NCBI GenBank assembly: GCA_965205015.1
Contig: OZ242029.1
Coordinates: 5,312,001 to 5,376,000, forward strand
Length of the DNA: 64,000 bases
From: Candidatus Poribacteria bacterium
Lineage (GTDB): Bacteria > Poribacteria > WGA-4E > WGA-3G
Direction of reading: 5' to 3'
Both the position numbers and the translations under genes were made by a program. The notes under the pieces were generated by a model. It was not told the DNA's origin. It did no database searches and saw only the letters and a program-made list of their open reading frames with translations. Numbering within the stretch: position 1 is the stretch's first letter; each line of letters opens with the position of its first letter. Below, piece after piece: positions 1-10,083 of the stretch.

Positions 1-175
1 ACCGGAGTGCTGCAATCGTCCATCCTGTAGTGCGTGAGCGGTTTCGGCTTGTAGCGTTGCCCAAAATCGCCCTTCGTGCTGTCTTTTGCTGCATCGTAGG
101 TTATCAATCCGGTTTTGATTTGTTTGAGCAACCCAACGATTTTTGGGGCCATGTTTGCTTTTTTTATGCGGTCTA

Positions 176-367
176 TTACAAATTCAAGATGTTCGTCCCT
201 AACATCGAATTCAAGGTATTGGAAGGTGGAACATACTTTCTGCCTTTCCACTTTTCTTCTGATTCGATCTTTTTTACATGTTCAAAAAAGGCGTGCACGT
301 CTTTGAATTGGGAACTATACTCTTCCTTGATATGATAGCATTCTTTGAGAATAGGATCGGGTTTCAT
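176..367 (-). CDS. Small hypothetical protein (MxxDPI-type small protein; possibly a gene fragment)
   Basis: 63-aa ORF with GAGG RBS upstream; an overlapping open frame continues off the window start. Confidence 0.4.
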   Translation of the reverse strand: MKPDPILKECYHIKEEYSSQFKDVHAFFEHVKKIESEEKWKGRKYVPPSNTLNSMLGTNILNL

Positions 368-553
368 AAATTTACCTCAGTAAGTTCCGCGTGCATGTTC
401 ATACCAAAGCTGCTGAGTTAATCGCTGACGAGTGGCTGTTGTAGCATCTCGCTTGAGGCGCACGGCTAAATAGCTAATAACTTAGGTATATTAGTCTTGG
501 ATTGAGAGGGAGGGTAGGGCGAGGCATGCCACCGCGCCCTACAGAATTACAAA

Positions 554-1483
554 TTAAGCGTGTCGAGGTCCCATCGCAAGGGTAGGATCGTCACCAAGAT
601 TTTCGAGGAGCCATCCACGGAGCGGCACATCGTCTTCGGAAGGGACGTAGCGCCCGTTATTTCGGGTAGCGGCACCGAGCAGTTGTCGTCGGATTGGATC
701 GCACTTTTCATAGAGAGGTTCGACCGTCATTTCATCTTTGGGACGGATCCAACGGTAGCCGTAGCCGTAGAAGAGTGCCTTCCGGGTCATTTGCGAGTTG
801 TTTGGACTCCGCGAGTGCCAGAGCCGTCTATCGAACAGAACGGCGGTTCCGGGTTCCACGCAGACCGGCATTGCATCGTCAGGCACATCGTCTGCCGTGG
901 CTTCGCGCGGGTCGCGACTGATCTCGGACATTGGAACATCCATATCCGACTTCAGATGGCTGCCCGGACGGATATAGAAGTTGCCGCGTCCCGGTTCAGA
1001 GACATCTGTGAGGAAATATGCCACTTTCAGGGACAAACGCGGTCGTGGCTCGGTTTCCAGTTCGATGTTAACGCGTCCACTGTCTTGGTGCCATTCCAGC
1101 CATCCTTCCCCCGCTTCTGCATCCGGTGCGGCTGGCGGTTTAACGTGCATGTGGGCATGGTATAGATAGATATTCCATCCCAAAATTCCCCAGACTTTCG
1201 GTAACGTCGTGGGCAGATCAACGAGGTTCAGGAGCGCGTCGTCGGCCCCTAAAAAATCCGACCACCCCCAGTGTGAGTCGGGTTTTGCTCTACCCGAAGC
1301 GAGTGCTTTGTTGTGCAACGTGTCCACGGCGTGGACGAGGTGTTCCCGCATTTCAGGAGAGAGTGCGTTTGGCACGTATAGATAACCATTCTTTTCGAAG
1401 TGGGTGCGCTCCTCTTCTGTAATGAGGTGCGGCAGATACTTCTCAGGCGAAGCTTGCATGCCCATCTTAAGAATTTCTTTCAT
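554..1483 (-). CDS. Phytanoyl-CoA dioxygenase (PhyH) family Fe(II)/2-oxoglutarate enzyme
   Basis: F..NGY N-terminus, WHQD (HxD) motif, PGSH, LWH distal His; AAGGAG RBS. Confidence 0.9.
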   Translation of the reverse strand: MKEILKMGMQASPEKYLPHLITEEERTHFEKNGYLYVPNALSPEMREHLVHAVDTLHNKALASGRAKPDSHWGWSDFLGADDALLNLVDLPTTLPKVWGILGWNIYLYHAHMHVKPPAAPDAEAGEGWLEWHQDSGRVNIELETEPRPRLSLKVAYFLTDVSEPGRGNFYIRPGSHLKSDMDVPMSEISRDPREATADDVPDDAMPVCVEPGTAVLFDRRLWHSRSPNNSQMTRKALFYGYGYRWIRPKDEMTVEPLYEKCDPIRRQLLGAATRNNGRYVPSEDDVPLRGWLLENLGDDPTLAMGPRHA

Positions 1484-1553
1484 GGTAAATTCTCCTTGGC
1501 TGCGCCGTTACATTTCTAACGAATTGGGCGCGACTCTGCAAACATGGGAGCGA

Positions 1554-2417
1554 TTACCGAACAAACTCCGCGAGGAATTCGCGTGAGCGGCGCAGACCGT
1601 CCGATTCTGCTTCCCACGTTCGCCAATACCGGTAATCTTCAAGTTCTACGCTGACAATGCCATCAAAACCCTCGTCTTCCAAGCGTTGAACCACTCTCAG
1701 CCAATCCACTATCCCATCGCCAGGGATGGTATACCGCCACCAATCTTCACCGAAACCTTTTGCAGATTGAAGGCTCGGTCCCAAATTGCCGTGTAGGTAG
1801 AGTGCCTCTTCGTCGAAGGCAGTGTCCTTCCCGTGGACGTGTTTGACGTAGGGTGCGAATTCGTTCAGTGCCCGTAGATAGTCGATACCGATTCTGACGA
1901 GGTGTGATGGATCGTAGTTGAGGCCTAATCCCGGGGAATCACATTCCGCGAACATCGCACGCCACATCTCCGGTGTGCAACCGAGAGCAGGATAGGCGGG
2001 ACCCGAACCGGGCCATCCCTCTACCGCGATGGTTACCCCTTTAGCGGCGGCGAATTCGGCGATAGGGGGGATAGTTCGTTTCCAAATCTCAAAGTTTTCT
2101 GCTCTGCCGAGACTGGCATCTTCTGGCACAAAGACGCAGAACATGATGTGAACGTCGTTGTCAGCCGCGGCTTCAATGGCAGCTTTTGCTGCCGAAGCAC
2201 CGGCTCTCTGTTTAGATTTTTTCGTGCTAAGTAGGTCGCTGACACCGGGGAGATCCGCGCTTCCGATCACAAGGCCGGCATCTCTCGCCGTTTGGACAAT
2301 TTCAGGGGTCGTTTCTCCAATGTCAACGGCTTCAAACCCGTTATCCGCACACCAGTTACAAAAATCTGCGAAGGGCAGTTGGCGTGCGGTCCCGGGAATT
2401 CGTAATCCTATCTTCAT
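1554..2417 (-). CDS. Sugar phosphate isomerase/epimerase (xylose isomerase-like TIM barrel)
   Basis: IAVE, NYDPSH, HVHGKD, PGDG, SVELE metal-binding motifs. Confidence 0.85.
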   Translation of the reverse strand: MKIGLRIPGTARQLPFADFCNWCADNGFEAVDIGETTPEIVQTARDAGLVIGSADLPGVSDLLSTKKSKQRAGASAAKAAIEAAADNDVHIMFCVFVPEDASLGRAENFEIWKRTIPPIAEFAAAKGVTIAVEGWPGSGPAYPALGCTPEMWRAMFAECDSPGLGLNYDPSHLVRIGIDYLRALNEFAPYVKHVHGKDTAFDEEALYLHGNLGPSLQSAKGFGEDWWRYTIPGDGIVDWLRVVQRLEDEGFDGIVSVELEDYRYWRTWEAESDGLRRSREFLAEFVR

Positions 2418-2501
2418 AAACTCTCCTGGAATATATTATGCGTAGCATAGACTGTTAGTCTGTGCGTTCGTCCACAATCCCACGCCTGCAACAAGGTAAA
2501 A

Positions 2502-3725
2502 TTAAAAGCCCATGAGGCCACAACATCGGCGGCAAACGGGCATGGGACCATCATTACTCACGGACTTCCGGAATTTCATCGCCTTCTGGTTGTTCCACAT
2601 ATCGACAACCTTGTCCGTCTTGATATTACCGATAATGTAGTCGTGGTAATCGCGGCAGAGACTGACATCACCGTTGCTATCGATCTCCATCGTCATGTAG
2701 ATGCTGATACACTGGTTGTACCCGAAGGTTTGGTTGTGATCGGTGTAATAGCGTTGGATTTCACCGCGTGTGTTGAGCCTCGGCATCATAATAGGGGGAC
2801 AACGTTTCTGTTCGTCGGAGATACTTTCCATCTCTTCAAAGCGATCCAAGATGGCACCGTGATCGAAGTCTTTCCACGTGCCTATCCAGCCGTAGTGCGT
2901 TTGCGGTTTGAACCCGAAGCGTTTCTCGAAATCTTCTGTGTGTTCCTGCGCCGATTGAGAATCAATCCACCACGTCAGATAGAAGATTTGCGCGTCTGCG
3001 TATTGACTCGTGAATTTATAGAGGTCTACGACAACGTCGATGTTATACATCGTGACGCAGCTGAGGGGAATAATATAAGGAAACTTTATGTTCCGTTTCT
3101 CTTTTGCTTCACTCAGCGTTTCTAATGCAGCCTTGACATCTGTAAAGTTGTCGTAGTTTGGCGTTAGCCCTGGACGTTGTGTATTGTGAATTTCCTCATT
3201 CGGTCCATCAACACTCAAATAAACAATTTTACAGGTTTCCAGAATATCGTCGGCGCGCCTCGCAACGTTGGTCGCGTTACTGACGAGGGATATCGGCATG
3301 CCTCGTTCTTTGATGTAGTGCATCAATTCGATGATGCCCGGATAAAGCATCGGTTCACCGCCCCAGATGTACCACACTGGGGACCAGCCTGCATCCACAA
3401 TCTGATCCACAAGGTTTTTATACACTTCAACCGGAACCTCGCGCTGCTTCAGCTCTTTCATGGACTTCCCGAGCAGGTATCCGTTATCCCCCCATTGTCC
3501 ACAGGAATGGCACCGGAGGTTGCACATATCGGTAATACGGAGACTCACCAGTTGGATCGCGTCGCCTCTACCGTGTTTGGCACCGAGTGGGTGTCGCCAG
3601 TTAAAACTTTCCTTGGCGAGTTGATAGCGAACGAACTTGCTGGAAGTATCCCAATCTTCCGACATAGCACTGGCGAGTTCATTGACAAAAAATCGTGGTG
3701 AGATTCGACTACGTAGTGCCATCAA
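2502..3725 (-). CDS. Radical SAM protein with C-terminal SPASM/twitch domain
   Basis: CNLRCHSC (CxxxCxxC), GGEP, and a C-terminal Cys cluster (CISIY...SLC...VCRRCC). Confidence 0.9.
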   Translation of the reverse strand: MMALRSRISPRFFVNELASAMSEDWDTSSKFVRYQLAKESFNWRHPLGAKHGRGDAIQLVSLRITDMCNLRCHSCGQWGDNGYLLGKSMKELKQREVPVEVYKNLVDQIVDAGWSPVWYIWGGEPMLYPGIIELMHYIKERGMPISLVSNATNVARRADDILETCKIVYLSVDGPNEEIHNTQRPGLTPNYDNFTDVKAALETLSEAKEKRNIKFPYIIPLSCVTMYNIDVVVDLYKFTSQYADAQIFYLTWWIDSQSAQEHTEDFEKRFGFKPQTHYGWIGTWKDFDHGAILDRFEEMESISDEQKRCPPIMMPRLNTRGEIQRYYTDHNQTFGYNQCISIYMTMEIDSNGDVSLCRDYHDYIIGNIKTDKVVDMWNNQKAMKFRKSVSNDGPMPVCRRCCGLMGF

Positions 3726-3756
3726 TGCTCCTTTATGCGTTATGAGTTATCAGTAT

Positions 3757-4173
3757 TTACGATTCGTCTTCTGGTTTTACGAGTCTAAGTGCCGCGGAAT
3801 TCATACAGTAACGCTTCCCCGTTGGCGACGGTCCATCGTTAAAAACGTGTCCGAGGTGTGCGTCACACCGGCTACAGACGACTTCGGTACGCGGCATGAA
3901 AAAGATACTAAAATCCGATTTCGTCTCAATGGATTCTGGGGAGACAGCATCCCAAAAACTGGGCCATCCTGTTCCCGAATCATACTTGGTTTCGGAACTA
4001 AAGAGCGGACTTCCACAGCAAATACAGTGATAGGTGCCTTTCTCTTTGCAATCGTGGTATTGCCCTGTAAAGGCGCGTTCGGTCCCTTTCTTCCGGGTGA
4101 CCTTAAATTCTTCCGGGGAGAGTTGTGCTTGCCATTCCTTTTCCGATTTTATAACTTTTTCGGTGTCTGCCAT
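3757..4173 (-). CDS. msrB: Peptide methionine sulfoxide reductase B
   Basis: [31 protein letters not shown]; start placed at the ATG of MADTEK after GAGGGG. Confidence 0.96.
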   Translation of the reverse strand: MADTEKVIKSEKEWQAQLSPEEFKVTRKKGTERAFTGQYHDCKEKGTYHCICCGSPLFSSETKYDSGTGWPSFWDAVSPESIETKSDFSIFFMPRTEVVCSRCDAHLGHVFNDGPSPTGKRYCMNSAALRLVKPEDES

Positions 4174-4364
4174 TTTTATTCCCCTCATGACCGTAGTGGG
4201 TTTCTTGTATGAATACTGTATCATATCATAAAAAAAAAAGCAAACGCGTTTTAAAGTGGCGGGTGTGTAAATATTTCGTTGACGGTCACGATTCGGAGAG
4301 TGCTTTTACCGTGTGTTTCTTGTAGGAGGGAACTCTGATTCCCAACTCTTGAACTCATTTGATA

Positions 4365-5222
4365 CTATTTTCTTATCAGCATCTTCCGTGTAACCGTGAA
4401 TTCGCCTGCGGACAATGTATAGAAATAGAGGCCACTCGCCACAGGTTCACCGAAGGTATTCCTGCCATCCCAATACACCGCACGAGATTTACTTTGATAT
4501 ACGCCCGCGGGTCGTTGTCCTATATTTAAACTGCGGACCAGCGTCCCATCTACATACCTATGGCGCACACCAAGGGCGAGGTGAATGCCATCTGGACTCC
4601 ACGCCACCGCAGTGGGCCCCAAAGACTGCTCATCCCCCAATGCTAACGAGTCGTATTGTGGAGTGCCCACCAGTTCCGGGTACTCGTGCGGATAGAGCAA
4701 CTCATCCCCTCTCCTGGCTCTCCCCAGTCCTCCGCGCCATATACATAGGTAACTCCCAGCACTCGCAAGGAGATACCCCAATGACTCGTAGGCGAGATCA
4801 GAGGGATTCCCTGGATAACCGTGATCGGCGGTTCTGATATCCCCCAACCAAACGCCATCGTCCGAACGGCGAATGCTAATTCCGTGAGGGCTCCATGGAT
4901 CCTCCCATAGTCCCGCATTATGGGCAAAGGTAGAAGGATCGGACGCGGGAATAGCAATGGCGTGGATGGGAAAGCCGAGATTCTCTTCCCAGAGTAAATC
5001 CCTGTGAACCGACCTAATGGCGCTCACACGAAGCATGCCATCATAACCGCCACTGATGAGCCTCGCGTGATCTATAAACGCCATTGAAACAACCCCATCC
5101 GTATGTGCCTCAAACACGGGAAAGGCTTCGTGGATAATGGTAGTCTCTGAGTAGACTTGGATAGGTGTTGTCAACAACACGCATAAGAGGAGTGCTGATG
5201 TAGAAAAAACATGTTTGTTCAT
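4365..5222 (-). CDS. Secreted WD40-repeat protein with a truncated FlgD/T9SS-like C-terminal domain; possibly internally deleted
   Basis: Signal peptide; WD40-like HTDGVVSMAF..LISGGYDG and AVAWSPDG; tail YWDGRN..GEPVASGLYFYTL..RKMLIRK. Confidence 0.65.
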   Translation of the reverse strand: MNKHVFSTSALLLCVLLTTPIQVYSETTIIHEAFPVFEAHTDGVVSMAFIDHARLISGGYDGMLRVSAIRSVHRDLLWEENLGFPIHAIAIPASDPSTFAHNAGLWEDPWSPHGISIRRSDDGVWLGDIRTADHGYPGNPSDLAYESLGYLLASAGSYLCIWRGGLGRARRGDELLYPHEYPELVGTPQYDSLALGDEQSLGPTAVAWSPDGIHLALGVRHRYVDGTLVRSLNIGQRPAGVYQSKSRAVYWDGRNTFGEPVASGLYFYTLSAGEFTVTRKMLIRK

Positions 5223-5259
5223 AAGGAAACTTCCACTTCTGAATCGCTGGAAAACCAGA

Positions 5260-6477
5260 CTAAAAATTCCGTTTTGGTTTTACAGTCCCTAAAACCCGAC
5301 ATTTCGTCGCCGACAAAATTTCATATCGTACCCCGCCCCACGTAATTTTGCGTTGGAATACCGCATACAGGGCGTTGATACCGCCGAGAAATAGTGAAAC
5401 TGAAGCGACATAAGAGGTTACGCCGATTGTCTCCCGCATTTTTGGCATTTCGCGGAGCCATTGTGGCAAGTTTCTGGCGTAGATCCTATACCCAAATGCT
5501 TCCAGAAACGGGATAAAAATAATCGGTAGTACCCCTTCACGATAGAATAGGAATGGAATCACTCCAAATACACAAAGACCTTTCGGTAGAAGCACAATGA
5601 GACTCGCGAGCCACTGCTTCCAAAGTCCCATGTGCAGTGTCATAATCAGCTGTCGATTCGTAAATTCGACGATCTGGTGCCATGTGCGGTTGGACGTGCG
5701 CGTGACGGCTACGCAATCTGGGACGAAGTGGACCTTGTGTTTAACATCTTTCATTGCCAAGGTCGTATTATGATCTTCGATAGTTGCCTCTTCCCAACGT
5801 TGAAGGATACGTGCCTTCTCGAGCATCTCACGTCGGAAGGCATTAGAACCGCCCCATACCATTGACAGCGGATGATCGCCTTGGAAACTCATCTGGAAGT
5901 TTACCCAAATGGCTTCCACAAGAGATGGGAGATTCCATGTTTGTGGGAAATAGAACCGTCCGCCCACGGTTGTCCCTATGTCTGGTTCTTGGAGTGGATT
6001 TACAAGCAGGGTTAACCAATCCTCTCGGATATCAACATCGGCATCTACAAACGCAATAACTTCGATATCGTCTGGGAGTTTTTCTATGGCTGTCATGAGG
6101 TTCTGCACCTTTTGTGAGCGGGGCAGGTTGTTTTCAACGATATTCGGTGCTAATAAGACGTGCGAATGCGGATGCGCGTCAGCAATTTCGCACAGATGGG
6201 GGTAGGAGACATCGTGTCCTACGTCCGCTTTCTGATGTGTGACGAAGAAGACTTCATACTCACCCGCATAAGTTTGATGCAAGAGTCCTTTGGCGTGTGC
6301 TGCTGTGTCGGCATCCCATCCATAGTGCGGTGCGATGATTGCCACCTTTGGGGTATAGGTCGGTCGATCTGCCTTACGTTCACGGCGAGCGTACCGAAAG
6401 GACCGGCTAATAATCAGCAGTTCGATGATAACAAAAAAGTAGGCGGTTACGATAATATACGTCTGCATAGCGTTCAA
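5260..6477 (-). CDS. GT2/GT21 glycosyltransferase (ceramide glucosyltransferase/HpnI-like)
   Basis: N-terminal TM helix, KVQNL, FVDAD (DxD), WGGS, IED, RQ, C-terminal TM helices and ITWGG. Confidence 0.8.
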   Translation of the reverse strand: MNAMQTYIIVTAYFFVIIELLIISRSFRYARRERKADRPTYTPKVAIIAPHYGWDADTAAHAKGLLHQTYAGEYEVFFVTHQKADVGHDVSYPHLCEIADAHPHSHVLLAPNIVENNLPRSQKVQNLMTAIEKLPDDIEVIAFVDADVDIREDWLTLLVNPLQEPDIGTTVGGRFYFPQTWNLPSLVEAIWVNFQMSFQGDHPLSMVWGGSNAFRREMLEKARILQRWEEATIEDHNTTLAMKDVKHKVHFVPDCVAVTRTSNRTWHQIVEFTNRQLIMTLHMGLWKQWLASLIVLLPKGLCVFGVIPFLFYREGVLPIIFIPFLEAFGYRIYARNLPQWLREMPKMRETIGVTSYVASVSLFLGGINALYAVFQRKITWGGVRYEILSATKCRVLGTVKPKRNF

Positions 6478-6508
6478 TTTGTAGGGGCAGCCCTTGTGGC
6501 TGCCCTGC

Positions 6509-8488
6509 CTATTTCGGCATCCGAAGCCGTGTCAGTGTTGTTTTCAGTTTCGGAATGAGTTCCGCATTGAGCAGAAAGATTAAATTCGGTTCGTGTTGAA
6601 GCCGTGCGTAAAAACGTCCGGATGCCTCTGTCTGGTTTCCAACTTGTAAGGTATACACCTTCTGGTTTCGCAATTCGACGGTAATTTGGAGCTGCGGGGC
6701 ACTGAAGCCTGTAACCGCATCAGTCTGTAGGGACGGGGTTTCCCCATCCGTCCGTACAAATGTGTCTGTCCTCAGATCGTCGAGTTCGTAGATGATAGCG
6801 TTAACTTCTGTGTTGTTTGCATTTTCTTTCACCGGCGAGGTGAGTCGCCAGTTCGTGCCGAGGCGTTGGCAGGTCAGCGATTCTTCTCCGTGCAAAGTGA
6901 GTCGAATCGCATCGTCGATGTGGAAGTTAAGAACCTGTTTATCTCTTAACCATGCCGCACCGAGCGCAATCTTGTCGATTAAGGTACGTCCGACGCGGAC
7001 GACTTGATCGGATTGCTCGGCTTTAACATAGACGGTTCCGTCTGTGGTGTCGTTTCCAATGTGTAGTACCGCTGGTTTTTCCTGACCCCGTTGCGTAAAG
7101 GCGACCTCAATTGACGGCGACGCTAAGCCGTAGGACGCCAGGTTCGCCGCAGGATCATCGACGAAAGCAGCCGCTTCGAGGGAATCTACGCCAAAAATCA
7201 GATCGTCCACCGCTTTCGCATCTGCTTTCATTTTCCCCGTCGGTGTTTGTAATTCCCATGTGTTATCATAGGTTTTTGTGCAGACAGTTGTCTCCTGACC
7301 CTGTTTCGTTCTTATAAAAATGGCGATGCGAATCGTATCTGTCCGTTGAAAGTCTATAATCCTTTTATCTCGCAGATCGAAAACAGATGTATTGAGAAGT
7401 CTATAGATGGCATCGCTGACCGTATAGATAGCGTGTTGGTGAACGGATTTAACGTAGACGTGTCCCGGAGTTCCGTTTCCTGGCGGGACTTCTGAACCGA
7501 TGTCAAGTGCGTAGGTGTTATTTCCATCTGTCAATTCTATCTGGATGCGCGGGGTCTTCAACCCGGTCTTTTCTAATTGCGCTGGGGTCTTCGCGACGGC
7601 TTGGTCGGCTTCAAATGTTGACACTTGCAATAGATGCAACTCCGAAAGAATATTCTCAATTTCTTGGGGATCTGCTTTTGCTTCGATTGGGTGTGTGATG
7701 CGCCATGTACCGTCTCGCTTTTCGCAATGAAGGGTTTTATGGGCATCAGCCGTCGGCTTTCGGAAACCATCAGCATTTGGCTGGAAGGCTGGAAGGCTGG
7801 AAGGCTGAGTATTCCCGCTTCCATCCTTGCTATCTTCCATGCTATTCTCTTGCTGACCGCTGACCGCTGACCGCTGATTGCTATTCCCACTTCTATCTCC
7901 GAATGTGAGCTGAATGTTGGACACCGTTTCCGGGTTGAACTTAATAACCGACCGGTCGCGAAGGTCTGTCGGAGATTTCGTCAGATCGTCAAGCGCACTG
8001 GATTCGATCAAAAAGATATGTGCTTGGGATTTTTCTTTGGCATAGACAGAAAAATTAATCGCTTTTTTACCGATAGAAAAGGTCGTTGCCGCTGCGGATG
8101 CCTGTTCTGTCCAAAGCGAAAGTGTGATGGTCGGTGTATCCAGTCCATACTGCGTCAACGCCGTTACCTCAAGCGTCTGCTTGACGCGTTTATTGAGGAT
8201 GTCATCTAACATTTGGTTCACTTTTTCACCGTTTGCATCTGCCTGAAATGGGCTTTTGAGTTGCCAGTTCCCCGTTGCGTCTTTTACCAATTTCAGATCT
8301 TGATACGCTGGATCGGCGAACGTGACTTCCATCTGTTGGACCTTTTCTCGCGTGATACCGTAAACCTGATGGATCGGCGGTTTTTCATTTGTTGATGTAT
8401 CCTCTGGCGATTGCTGGAAGAATAGGAAATACGCGCCTGCAATGCCTGCGAGGAGAACTATGATGATAAGGGTCGTCCTGAAATTCAC
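6509..8488 (-). CDS. DUF4340-repeat protein of a Gld-like ABC system, carrying an in-frame repeat insertion
   Basis: Repeated W.L..P...AD / YGL..P / LRD units; overlaps the stop of the gldG-like gene. Confidence 0.8.
   Translation of the reverse strand: MNFRTTLIIIVLLAGIAGAYFLFFQQSPEDTSTNEKPPIHQVYGITREKVQQMEVTFADPAYQDLKLVKDATGNWQLKSPFQADANGEKVNQMLDDILNKRVKQTLEVTALTQYGLDTPTITLSLWTEQASAAATTFSIGKKAINFSVYAKEKSQAHIFLIESSALDDLTKSPTDLRDRSVIKFNPETVSNIQLTFGDRSGNSNQRSAVSGQQENSMEDSKDGSGNTQPSSLPAFQPNADGFRKPTADAHKTLHCEKRDGTWRITHPIEAKADPQEIENILSELHLLQVSTFEADQAVAKTPAQLEKTGLKTPRIQIELTDGNNTYALDIGSEVPPGNGTPGHVYVKSVHQHAIYTVSDAIYRLLNTSVFDLRDKRIIDFQRTDTIRIAIFIRTKQGQETTVCTKTYDNTWELQTPTGKMKADAKAVDDLIFGVDSLEAAAFVDDPAANLASYGLASPSIEVAFTQRGQEKPAVLHIGNDTTDGTVYVKAEQSDQVVRVGRTLIDKIALGAAWLRDKQVLNFHIDDAIRLTLHGEESLTCQRLGTNWRLTSPVKENANNTEVNAIIYELDDLRTDTFVRTDGETPSLQTDAVTGFSAPQLQITVELRNQKVYTLQVGNQTEASGRFYARLQHEPNLIFLLNAELIPKLKTTLTRLRMPK
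7744..7883. repeat. Nested palindromic repeat inside the DUF4340 coding sequence
   Basis: Outer TCAGC.. / (GCTGACC)x3 arms; inner (GGCTGGAA)x3 / CTTCCAT arms. Confidence 0.7.
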
Positions 8489-10080
8489 GCGTCCTCTCCT
8501 TTACGACGTTGCCACCAAACGATAAGCCCAGCAATAAAGACGATTGAAGGTATCAGGAAGACAGATGTTATTTGCACTAAACGAATGTCGTGAACGCGCA
8601 TTTGGCGCAGCGTTTGCCCCTGTAAGTCGATAGGACGGATCGCGATGAGATCCTCCTCTAAGGTCAGCCAATTGATTGTAGAGAGAAAGAGGTCGCGGTT
8701 TGCCTCTCGAAAGGCTGCGTTCACTGCGAAATCTGAGTCCCCAAAAACGACGATTCGAGTCGGACTGCGTGAGGCGTTCCCATCGCCATTTTGCTCCATT
8801 TTTTGTTCAGCAGCAACGGCGACAGATACCGGTGGAGGCGTGTCTGTACCGGGCGTGTAGGTAAACGATCCGCTGAAAGTGCCGTCCGTGTCGCGCTGCT
8901 TTTCGCCCCAGCTCTTCCCTGTTCCCCCAACGGTTTTGGCAAGCGATTTGACGCTTAGGTTCGAGGCTCTATCTGCTATGGGTGTGACAGAACGGGTCAC
9001 GGGGAATGCGACAAGATCCCTCATGACCCGCGTGATCTCGTGTAATTCAACGCCTGGTACCGGTGCCCTGGGTCCGAACAGCGGCACAAAATGGGTTTCG
9101 TCAATGACGAGATCGTTTCCTATCGCGATTCCCCATTTTCTCATGAGTCTAACGAGCCCTCTATTTACATCTTCCGCAGAGGCTACCGACGGATCGAGCA
9201 TCAAAAACAATTTTCCGTTACGCTTTAAGTATTTTGCCACGATGTCAATTTCAGTGCGCGTTAAAGGGTTTTTGGGACCAGCAATGACGAGCAACTCACA
9301 ATCTGCTGGAATGTCCGGTTCCGTCAAGAGCGAGAGGGAAAACGCAGCATAGTTCTGATTCTCTAACTCTGTTCGCACTTCACTGTATCCCTCATTATTG
9401 AGGTCAGTGATTTCATGTTCTTTGTGGCCCACAAGGAAGTAGACTTTTTTCGTTTCGTCTCGGATGAGTTTAAGAATCGCGCTCGTGAATTTTTGCTCTT
9501 CAACAGTGGTGACTTTTTCGTATCGGTCTTCGCTGTCGAAAATGATGGTTCCATCGTATCGCAGTTGATACTTGTTGCTCAGTTGAAGGTCTATATACGG
9601 ATTTTTAAATGAAAAGGTCAAAAAGTCGGTTTCACGCTGGTACAATTCTAAGATATCTTTGGCACGAGTCGCTGACTGTGAGGTGTCGTCGCTGAAAAAC
9701 GCTATGACCCGGACTTCCTTTTTAAGGTCTCTGAGAACCGTCTTCGTTTGTTCCGAAAGCGTATAAAGTTGCAGCTGCGTTAAGTCAATTTGTTTATCAA
9801 ATTGCCGGATAACAATGGCATTGACAAAAACCAAAATGCCGATAACGCCAACGATACTCAAGGCGACGTTCGCTCCGTAACGCGCTTGGCGACTGATGAA
9901 GAAATTCATGAAGTCCGTAAATCGCAAGCGTGCGAAAATAGCGAGTGAGACAAGCGCGAGCAAGAGGCAGACCCAAAAAAAGAGTCTCGCTTGGAACACC
10001 CAACTGGCAATCGCAATAAAACTGAAGATGAGCGTTAGAAAACCGAGGAGTGGACCTGTAACCCTTTTGTTGGCTTTCAT
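8485..10080 (-). CDS. GldG-like ABC-type transport auxiliary component
   Basis: DLT...YTLSEQT, YFLVGHKE, LVIAGP, VFGDSDF, NWL, C-terminal TM ending WWQRR. Confidence 0.85.
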   Translation of the reverse strand: MKANKRVTGPLLGFLTLIFSFIAIASWVFQARLFFWVCLLLALVSLAIFARLRFTDFMNFFISRQARYGANVALSIVGVIGILVFVNAIVIRQFDKQIDLTQLQLYTLSEQTKTVLRDLKKEVRVIAFFSDDTSQSATRAKDILELYQRETDFLTFSFKNPYIDLQLSNKYQLRYDGTIIFDSEDRYEKVTTVEEQKFTSAILKLIRDETKKVYFLVGHKEHEITDLNNEGYSEVRTELENQNYAAFSLSLLTEPDIPADCELLVIAGPKNPLTRTEIDIVAKYLKRNGKLFLMLDPSVASAEDVNRGLVRLMRKWGIAIGNDLVIDETHFVPLFGPRAPVPGVELHEITRVMRDLVAFPVTRSVTPIADRASNLSVKSLAKTVGGTGKSWGEKQRDTDGTFSGSFTYTPGTDTPPPVSVAVAAEQKMEQNGDGNASRSPTRIVVFGDSDFAVNAAFREANRDLFLSTINWLTLEEDLIAIRPIDLQGQTLRQMRVHDIRLVQITSVFLIPSIVFIAGLIVWWQRRKGEDA

Positions 10081-10083
10081 GTT

